From positions 1-27,487 of IMG/VR virus record IMGVR_UViG_3300044723_004238: a stretch of 27,487 bases of DNA. One strand, written 5' to 3'. Shown piece by piece: positions 8,434 to 15,008 of the stretch. The DNA is from a virus (lineage: Duplodnaviria; Caudoviricetes). The translations under genes and the position numbers were made by a program. The notes below the pieces were generated by a model, which did not search any database, was not told where the DNA came from, and saw only the letters and a program-made list of their open reading frames with translations. Within the stretch, counting starts at the first letter, position 1; each line of letters starts with the position of its first letter.

Positions 8434-11282
8434 TAGCGGTTGGTCCCGTAAATCTCCAACTCCTGTGACCAGTACGGCATCGTCGCGGTTGCGATAGTCT
8501 GACCGTCGAGATTGACATTGATGGTCTGACCGCTTGTGGTCATGCCCGCGCCGCTCATGCGGCCCGAGGTGTTAGCCGATCCACCTGTACCCATATATCC
8601 CTGTAAGCCTGACAGCCAATTGCTGCCGAAGTCAAGACCCGTAATCCCGCCCGAGCCAATCATACCGCCGAAAGCGTTAGCAAGATTTCCTCCTGCGTAT
8701 GTGGTTGGATCGAATGCGTTACTCGCAAGCGTCGATCCCATGAACTGTCCGAGGTATTGCACCCCCAAAAGCCACGCCGCGCTGATAGCAGCAGCACCCG
8801 CAACAGTTAGGCCTGCTGACGCGCCAATGCCGCCTGCCCCAACTGCCCCTGCTCCGCCTGCTGCACCTCCTCCTCCTGTTCCTACCGGTACGCCTGTTGG
8901 TGTTCCTTGCCCATCGCTTCCTGGAATATCTATGCCGGGATCGCCACCCGTAAAATCAGGAGGTCCGCCGCCAATGCTCGTTCCACCTGCTGTCACTGCA
9001 CCACCGCCAACGCTCGTTCCACCTGCTGTCACTGCACCACTTGTTAATCCAAGCAGTTCGCCAATTTTTTCTACAATGCCAACGATGGTATCAAAAAAGT
9101 TGATCCACGTTTCTGCTTTCAGAAGCGCCATTAAGGATGTTAAACCTTCAAAAAATATGGTCACCTGCTCTGCTCCATACCTGACACCCTCAACAAACTT
9201 AAAGAATGGCGAGTCCTCATCAACCTTGAGAAGTCTCAGTAATTCCTCGACTCTACCAACATGATGAGCAACGTTTGCGCTGTCGGTTGCTGCGTCCCCA
9301 AAGTCCTCCTCAAGCAACCCGAAGGCGTGCTGTAATTGATAAAACCTGCTGACCTCATCGACAGTTGGTATGAACTCCTTGATTGCATCGGCAGTCTCTT
9401 GTATGTATCTCAGGTCTGTCTCATCAGCCTGAAAAGCAGCAATCATTTCCTCTGCCTTTTGCTTCGCTTCTTCAGCAGGTGTTTTTATACCCGAAACAGC
9501 ATCAATAATTTGTTTATTATCCGGCTTGATGGCAAAAAGACTATCAACGCTGTTTTTTAAGTCTGTTACATCACCCTCTGTATCAGTCAGCGTATTGCTT
9601 ACCGAATCCTCGTCGTTTACAAGAGGATCTTTAATATCAGTCTTAAATAAATCAAAGCCACCAAGTGCCTCGACCAGAAGTTCTCTCAGGCGATCACCGT
9701 ATGATTTCTTGCCCTCGCCCTCGCCCATCGTTGCGTCTGCCGCATTCTTACCGGTGTTGGGATCTATCTTAGATGTTATATCTGTATCAAGTGTATCAAA
9801 GAAGGCAAGGACAGCATCAATGTTTGATTTCGGGATTGATTTTAAAGCCTCCATCGCTTCGGCATATTTGCCTTGCGCTCCGAAGGTTACCGTCTTAATT
9901 GTGCCTGATGCTTGGTCTACGGTTGTTTGAACTGTTGATGCAATAAGTGCAAGCGATGCCCCCAACTGGTTTACCGCTTTTACAGTACCCGAAGCCATGA
10001 GACCTGCGAGCGTTCCATCCTCTCCAACAAACGCCTCTGTTACCGTTTCCGCTGCATCCCATGCAGCAGTAAATAATTCCGCTATCGAACCAAGTGCGCC
10101 ACCAATGGCTGTGATAAGACCGCTGAAAGTAGTTGCAAGGGTGGACTTCACCGTTTCGCCGTTAGTGTCCCACCACCCAACAAATTGCTCATAAGCAGTA
10201 GAGACTGCTGTCTTCAGCGTTTCCCACGCAGGTGCAAACGAAGTGGTTATCTGATCTCCAAACGTTTTGAACGCTGCCTGCACAGAGTCGGAGCCGCGAG
10301 ACAATCCCACCAATATTGCCGCTACTGCTGCCAAGCCTGCTACGTAAGGATTGAACAATCCCATCGTCAGCGTAACGGCTCGCATAATAGCAGAGAATCC
10401 CGAAGCAATGCCGCCAAGCGTGAACACCAACGGACCCGCCGCCGCCGCTACCCCTGCGAGGATGATGCCGAGTTTCTTTGTCTCTGGATTTAGATTTTGG
10501 ACAAAATCGACCATTCCTTGAAGCCGACCAACCAGTTCCCTTGCATAAGGCAGGAGAAGTTCGCCGATGGTTACTCCGAGGTCATACGTGGCATTTCTCA
10601 GTCTTTGAAACTGATTAGCAAAAGAATCCGATGTGCGGATCGCATCGCCTTGTGCATCAGTTGTCCCTGCCATGAGCAGGTTAAGACGCCCCTGTACCTT
10701 AGCCTGATTTAATTGTGCTCCAGTAAGCTTGTCTGCGCCCATTCGCATCAACTCCTGCTTGAGCGATGCCTCGTTGATAACAACGCCAAAGGCAAGAGCG
10801 TTCTCGTGCGAACCAACGAGCGTACCACGCAGACGATCGAGCGCCTCGTCCATCGGCATATTGTTGAAGGAGCCGAGGTCAACAGCGAGTTTGGCAACCT
10901 GTACCGATAGATTGCCAGCCTGCTGCTCTGTATATCCAAGCGGCTTAAATATGTCGCCAAGCTGCCCCGCCATTCCCTGCAACTCGTAGCGGCTCCTTCC
11001 AGACGCGCGAGCGAAAGCATCAAGTTGCTTTGTCACATCGCCGCCCACCGTCTTAAATACGGTGTTAAACTTTGACTGCATTTCCTCGGCATCCGAGGCG
11101 GCTTTTACGGCAGCCGCGCCAATACCAAGAAGGGGAAGCGTGACCGCGGTCGATAACTGACGTCCGGTGTTGCGAAGATTAGAGCCAACCTGTTTTAGTT
11201 GGTTTTCTAACTTTGCCATGCCATGTTGGAACGACTTGATGTCTGCCCCAATCCGAACGTCAAGTTGTGCGACCGTAGCCAT
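8433..11282 (-). CDS. Tail tape measure protein (949 aa)
   Basis: 'MATVAQLDVRIGAD', 'LSTAVTLPLLGIGAAAVKAASD', long Ala/Gly-rich helical body, C-terminal 'INVNLDGQTIA'; follows the tail chaperones. Confidence 0.92.
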   Translation of the reverse strand: MATVAQLDVRIGADIKSFQHGMAKLENQLKQVGSNLRNTGRQLSTAVTLPLLGIGAAAVKAASDAEEMQSKFNTVFKTVGGDVTKQLDAFARASGRSRYELQGMAGQLGDIFKPLGYTEQQAGNLSVQVAKLAVDLGSFNNMPMDEALDRLRGTLVGSHENALAFGVVINEASLKQELMRMGADKLTGAQLNQAKVQGRLNLLMAGTTDAQGDAIRTSDSFANQFQRLRNATYDLGVTIGELLLPYARELVGRLQGMVDFVQNLNPETKKLGIILAGVAAAAGPLVFTLGGIASGFSAIMRAVTLTMGLFNPYVAGLAAVAAILVGLSRGSDSVQAAFKTFGDQITTSFAPAWETLKTAVSTAYEQFVGWWDTNGETVKSTLATTFSGLITAIGGALGSIAELFTAAWDAAETVTEAFVGEDGTLAGLMASGTVKAVNQLGASLALIASTVQTTVDQASGTIKTVTFGAQGKYAEAMEALKSIPKSNIDAVLAFFDTLDTDITSKIDPNTGKNAADATMGEGEGKKSYGDRLRELLVEALGGFDLFKTDIKDPLVNDEDSVSNTLTDTEGDVTDLKNSVDSLFAIKPDNKQIIDAVSGIKTPAEEAKQKAEEMIAAFQADETDLRYIQETADAIKEFIPTVDEVSRFYQLQHAFGLLEEDFGDAATDSANVAHHVGRVEELLRLLKVDEDSPFFKFVEGVRYGAEQVTIFFEGLTSLMALLKAETWINFFDTIVGIVEKIGELLGLTSGAVTAGGTSVGGGAVTAGGTSIGGGPPDFTGGDPGIDIPGSDGQGTPTGVPVGTGGGGAAGGAGAVGAGGIGASAGLTVAGAAAISAAWLLGVQYLGQFMGSTLASNAFDPTTYAGGNLANAFGGMIGSGGITGLDFGSNWLSGLQGYMGTGGSANTSGRMSGAGMTTSGQTINVNLDGQTIATATMPYWSQELEIYGTNR
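8968..9039. repeat. 36-bp tandem duplication in tape measure (GAVTAGGTS[V/I]GG x2)
   Basis: 8968-9003 and 9004-9039 differ at one base. Confidence 0.9.
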
Positions 11283-11634
11283 CTTCCAATATTGCTTTTG
11301 CCCGTTGTCGGAGTTGCTGATATTCAGCCATCCTCATGACAGGCGTTTCCTGTTTCTTGAGTTCGCGGTACATGGCATCGAGAGGCTTCTGCCGTTTGCC
11401 CGCCCTGAACAGCATCAGGTTTTCGAGTTGCTGCGCTATCACAAAGGTGCGCTGCCACTCCAATTCTTGATCCTGTTCGATGCGCTCCTTAACGCCTGCA
11501 AGCATCACGTTAATATCCCGTAGTGAACACTCATCGACCTGCGATGGTGTCATACCGAGATAAGCGGCGCACATCTTATCAATGGCTACTAAGTCAGGAA
11601 AGGGAGCCGAGGAGATGGATTCCCCGGCTACCCC
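11260..11634 (-). CDS. Tail assembly chaperone, frameshift (T) portion of the G-T product (~232 aa fusion)
   Basis: The -1 frame is open from the slippery site to the stop at 11260; 'LGMTPSQVDECSLRDI' is typical of gpT-like segments. Confidence 0.85.
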   Translation of the reverse strand, partial: GVAGESISSAPFPDLVAIDKMCAAYLGMTPSQVDECSLRDINVMLAGVKERIEQDQELEWQRTFVIAQQLENLMLFRAGKRQKPLDAMYRELKKQETPVMRMAEYQQLRQRAKAILEDGYGRTT

Positions 11635-11640
11635 TTTCCC
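11597..11640 (-). other. Programmed -1 ribosomal frameshift signal (G GGA AAG plus hairpin)
   Basis: Lambda-type slippery heptamer GGGAAAG at 11640-11634, one codon before TAG; downstream stem AGCCGGGGA/TCCTCGGCT. Confidence 0.88.
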
Positions 11641-11957
11641 TCATCAGTTTCACCAATGCCAGACAGCCCATCCGTCATGCGCCGCAGAGATTTTCCAACG
11701 GCAGCAAGTACCGCGCCCTCGTCGGAGTTAGCCATAGCAATCATGAACTTGTCTTCTTTGAGAGTTGGAGAGTCCACCAAACAGCCTACGTATGCAATAC
11801 GTGCAAGGTCTGCAAGGCTTGGACTTGCCATCTGCTCAAACGTAAAGGTCAGATTGTGCTTGATCTCTGCAATCCTAAAGGCGGCGGGTCCGAGTTTTAG
11901 CGTGTACTCTTTCTCGCCGACTTCTATCGTTACGGCTTCAGGATGGTTGTCTTTCAT
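11628..11957 (-). CDS. Tail assembly chaperone (gpG-like)
   Basis: 'VTIEVGEKEYTLKLG'; lies between tail tube and tape measure; ends ...EGKG at the slippery site. Confidence 0.85.
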   Translation of the reverse strand: MKDNHPEAVTIEVGEKEYTLKLGPAAFRIAEIKHNLTFTFEQMASPSLADLARIAYVGCLVDSPTLKEDKFMIAMANSDEGAVLAAVGKSLRRMTDGLSGIGETDEGKG

Positions 11958-11968
11958 CGTTGTTCAGA

Positions 11969-12424
11969 TTAGCTGGTGGTTCCTGTGCCCTCCGTAACCG
12001 TCCCAGATGCCTGAATGGTAGTCGAGAACGTGGAAGGCGATTCATCGCTAAATGTAAGCGACAGGTCGGTAATCACGCCACTACCGTACCATTCCGTATC
12101 ACCGGAGTTGGTAGAAGTAAGCAGAAAGTATACCGTACCGTTTGCAGCCTCGTAAGCGTCCGAAAGTTTCGTATATCCTGCATCTTCGGTGTGATCAAAG
12201 ATACCAGACATAGAAACCGTTTGGTTGCGCCGTCCTGCGATGAACGCCGAGTCATCCCCGTTGTCCTTTGTTGATACGTCGATAGCGCCACGAGAGCGCG
12301 ACAGAGAATGCTCAGTTGCCAGACCTACGAGAGAGTAGTTGGCATCATTGGCTTCGTCTGCTGCTGCTGGTGCGGAGGTCGCAACGTACAGCCAGTAATC
12401 CCTTGCGGATTTGTTTTTAGCCAT
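11969..12424 (-). CDS. Major tail (tube) protein
   Basis: 'SLSRSRGAIDVSTKD...FIAGRR..TVSMSG...WYGSGVITDLS...TFSTTIQASG', TP901-1/GTA-like tube pattern. Confidence 0.88.
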   Translation of the reverse strand: MAKNKSARDYWLYVATSAPAAADEANDANYSLVGLATEHSLSRSRGAIDVSTKDNGDDSAFIAGRRNQTVSMSGIFDHTEDAGYTKLSDAYEAANGTVYFLLTSTNSGDTEWYGSGVITDLSLTFSDESPSTFSTTIQASGTVTEGTGTTS

Positions 12425-13130
12425 TGTCCTGTTGGTTTAATTTATCCCGTAGGTCGGGAAACGTGTTTTCGAAAACAGACGAGTCTACGGAATAAATGCG
12501 ACCCGTTGCCTCTGCCAGTTGCTCAACGCTCCACATGTTTGTGTCGGTCTTTATGTCCACCAAGTCGGCGGCTTGCTCGCGGCATTTTGATATATACTTG
12601 AACTTACAAGGGTATGCCTTTGTTTGCATACGGTTGGTAAACGATCTGTCAAGGTATCTGTTCAGCCCTAAATCCCACGGCTGCCAATTTACCCGGTCAA
12701 GTACATTAGAGGTGGCAATCATTCCTGCGCCGGGGTTGTGGCGCTCGCCGTAGTACGCTTGCTTATTTCGGGTGTCATAATAGTAGAGGTCTTTCAGTCC
12801 TACCACATCTGCGCCGAGATCGATGTGAGACAGAGACAGCTGTATTGCCTTGGCGGTCATTATATCATCAGAGCCTACAATCAGGACTGCATCCACTCTA
12901 TTACGTAGCGCCGCCATGCCCGCGTTCCACTTGTCGGACAGCGGCAGGTTGCCGTGTTCGAGATATTCCCATCCCGCCTGCTCTGCAAGGCTCCTGCTTA
13001 CATCGCCCTCGCTACCGACCGCTAAGCGGACAGAGCGGACAGGCGATAGGTCCAAGTGGGCATAGTGATCCAAAACAATTTGAGCGATAGCGTGGCGTTT
13101 CCATAGCGTTGTAAGTATACCAAGTGTCAT
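12417..13130 (-). CDS. Putative GT-A fold (family 2-like) glycosyltransferase
   Basis: N-terminal 'GILTTLWKRH' strand, 'NLPLSDKWNAG', 'VLIVGSDD' (DxD-like), 'GAG' and 'LD' motifs. Confidence 0.72.
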   Translation of the reverse strand: MTLGILTTLWKRHAIAQIVLDHYAHLDLSPVRSVRLAVGSEGDVSRSLAEQAGWEYLEHGNLPLSDKWNAGMAALRNRVDAVLIVGSDDIMTAKAIQLSLSHIDLGADVVGLKDLYYYDTRNKQAYYGERHNPGAGMIATSNVLDRVNWQPWDLGLNRYLDRSFTNRMQTKAYPCKFKYISKCREQAADLVDIKTDTNMWSVEQLAEATGRIYSVDSSVFENTFPDLRDKLNQQDNG

Positions 13131-13531
13131 GAAGTCTGAGTAAGGATGAAGCGCACCCGGTACGGCACTCCCCAGTAAACCTCGTTTGCTCTCATGTCAT
13201 CGCGTAAAATCGGCCCGCCGAAGTCAGGGTATACATCCGAGACCTCGTAGTCAGTCACCGTGTACACAACGTCACGGTCGGTCAAGGCGGCAAGTCCTGT
13301 CGATGCGTTAGCCTGCGCCGTGTTGGGGTCTGTTGCCCACGAAATGCAAGTGTGTGTTACCTCTGCCCCTTCGGTTGTTTTGGTCGTCAGCGGTCCAGGT
13401 ATGAAGGTTGCATCACCAAAAACCGTATAGGGCGGCGTGAGGCCCTCTGGAGGGTTAACGTATGCCGTGACACCTGCTGCATTTAACAGGGTCCATATCT
13501 CATCCTGTACGGCTTTGCGTGGGTCTTTCAT
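13127..13531 (-). CDS. Tail terminator/completion protein (DUF3168 / SPP1 gp17-like)
   Basis: 'AVQDEIWTLL...YVNPP...PPYTVFGD...TKTTEG' pattern and gene order. Confidence 0.78.
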   Translation of the reverse strand: MKDPRKAVQDEIWTLLNAAGVTAYVNPPEGLTPPYTVFGDATFIPGPLTTKTTEGAEVTHTCISWATDPNTAQANASTGLAALTDRDVVYTVTDYEVSDVYPDFGGPILRDDMRANEVYWGVPYRVRFILTQTS

Positions 13532-13995
13532 TTTAGCTTGAGTGCTGCAATCATTCTTTGGCGGTGGTCTGCGCGATTAGCCTCTGCTGCCGGGTTCAAA
13601 AATGGCTGCGCCTTATTGCCTCGGGTTATCACGAATGATTCGGTTGCCTCGTTGTAGTAAACCCACGGCGTTGTACGGTGTCCTCCCTTCGGATTATTTC
13701 CGTAAACACCTGTGCCGAACTCGACGAACTCCGAGTAGTGCGCCTTGCTCACAACGTAGGCTTCGTAGTTACGGGTCGGCTCGGCAACGATCATACGACG
13801 AAGCGAACCGCCACGCGCACCCATGCCGCTTCCGCTCTGCTTGTTGACCGGAGCGTTCTTGATGGCATCGTTACGGACCAACTGCTTGGTGGTGTTGATT
13901 TCCTGTACGATCCGATCTTGAGCCTGTTCAGTATACTTGGAAATGTCGCCGAGGGCTTTCTCAAGACCGACCACCTGCACATCAATCTTTGCCAT
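13528..13995 (-). CDS. HK97 gp10-like neck/tail-completion protein
   Basis: 'NAPV...GSLRR..I', 'YSEFVEFGT', 'AQPFLNPA'. Confidence 0.88.
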   Translation of the reverse strand: MAKIDVQVVGLEKALGDISKYTEQAQDRIVQEINTTKQLVRNDAIKNAPVNKQSGSGMGARGGSLRRMIVAEPTRNYEAYVVSKAHYSEFVEFGTGVYGNNPKGGHRTTPWVYYNEATESFVITRGNKAQPFLNPAAEANRADHRQRMIAALKLK

Positions 13996-14327
13996 TAGCC
14001 CTGCCTCTCTGTTTTGACGATCATGAACTTGTCGCGGAAGTCCACATTTTCGACCGAGCGCACATCGTGGTTCTCGCTGCGAAAAACGAGTCGATACTTG
14101 TTGAGCATCTGCGTATCAGCTGTGCCGAGATCGTCCCTGTATCGCATCGTGAACTCGTGCGTATAGATGGCCTCGGGTTTACTCGCGTCTTCAGCTTCGC
14201 GTCCCGTCAGCGTCCGCACAGAGGCGTACACGGTCTCGATGGTTGCCCATGTCTCCGTGATGACACCGAGGTTGTTCGTTGCCGTAGCAGTCTGCACCGC
14301 CACCCTATGCCGCATTTCTCCGATCAT
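13995..14327 (-). CDS. Head closure / head-tail adaptor (SPP1 gp16-like)
   Basis: 'IGEMRHRVAVQ...W...TVYASV...GRE...HEFTMRY'. Confidence 0.88.
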   Translation of the reverse strand: MIGEMRHRVAVQTATATNNLGVITETWATIETVYASVRTLTGREAEDASKPEAIYTHEFTMRYRDDLGTADTQMLNKYRLVFRSENHDVRSVENVDFRDKFMIVKTERQG

Positions 14328-14905
14328 CAGTAGCCAATGGTTCTATGGTGGGCAATCTCGCCAAGTATTTTAAACTCCCGCTCTGTGACAAAGTCGCGGT
14401 TCTCATCGCCCCTGCGCTCGTACCATAACGCAAGCAGTTTTAGTGTGGCGATCAAGATGTCAGCAGGAAGATCGGTAGATGCGTCACCATATCCGGCAAC
14501 GTATACCAACGTACCTGCGCGGTCCATGCGGTTAACTTCCCAACCATCATTGCGGTGTTTTAGATAGGATGCCTCGACCAGTTGCCAGTTTTCAGCGGCT
14601 TCGGTGTACGATGTCTCCACGCCTGCACTGGTCTCGTCGTAGATGGTCAGCGATGTGACGGACTGCACCGGAGGTCTGGGTATTTCGATCCGGTCCCGCA
14701 TATCGTCTCCGTTCATCTCAAACGAATAAGTGCGCGTAATCAGGGACCGCCGCAGATATTCCTCAACGCGGACGCGAGCCGCTTTGATAAGGATCGTTAG
14801 AACAGCGTCTTGGCTCGTATCGGATGAATCAATACGTAGCCATTCCTTTGCTTCTGCTGTGCTTACTGGCTCAACAGACGGTTCGGATGTAACGGTAAGC
14901 GACAT
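14327..14905 (-). CDS. Head-tail connector (HK97 gp6 / phiE125 gp8-like)
   Basis: 'PSVEPVSTAEAKEWLRID...LIKAAR..VEEYL.RSLITRT...PPVQSVTS...YVAGYG...LP..I..A...L...WYERR'. Confidence 0.9.
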   Translation of the reverse strand: MSLTVTSEPSVEPVSTAEAKEWLRIDSSDTSQDAVLTILIKAARVRVEEYLRRSLITRTYSFEMNGDDMRDRIEIPRPPVQSVTSLTIYDETSAGVETSYTEAAENWQLVEASYLKHRNDGWEVNRMDRAGTLVYVAGYGDASTDLPADILIATLKLLALWYERRGDENRDFVTEREFKILGEIAHHRTIGY

Positions 14906-14928
14906 GGCAGATGGTTGTTAGAATGTAG

Positions 14929-14999
14929 GAGCCGGGGCGGGAATCGAACCCGCTCCACCCAGAGAGAGAAAAGGTATGCGCCTTTACACTACCCGGCTC
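14929..14999 (-). ncRNA. tRNA-like RNA with a non-canonical (UC)n anticodon arm
   Basis: Minus strand reads (G)AGCCGGG-TA-GTGT-AAAGGC-GCAT-A-CCTTTTCTCTCTCTGGG-TGGA-GCGGG-TTCGATT-CCCGC-CCCGGCT-C. Acceptor and T arms are perfect and the D arm is plausible. The anticodon stem has only ~3-4 bp, there is no U33 in the canonical register, and no CCA is encoded. Confidence 0.75.
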
Positions 15000-15008
15000 A
15001 CCCACCTA

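Noticed and set aside
8536-9264. 242-aa Pro-rich plus-strand ORF (and similar antisense ORFs such as 6460-7044 and 16774-17319)
   Set aside because: Antisense shadows of Gly/Ala-rich structural genes; no leader or independent motif.
14929-14999. Functional tRNA-Arg(TCT) or tRNA-Glu(CTC)
   Set aside because: The anticodon stem has U-U and U-C mismatches, position 33 is C and position 37 is a pyrimidine in the canonical register, and no CCA is encoded; reported as a tRNA-like RNA instead.
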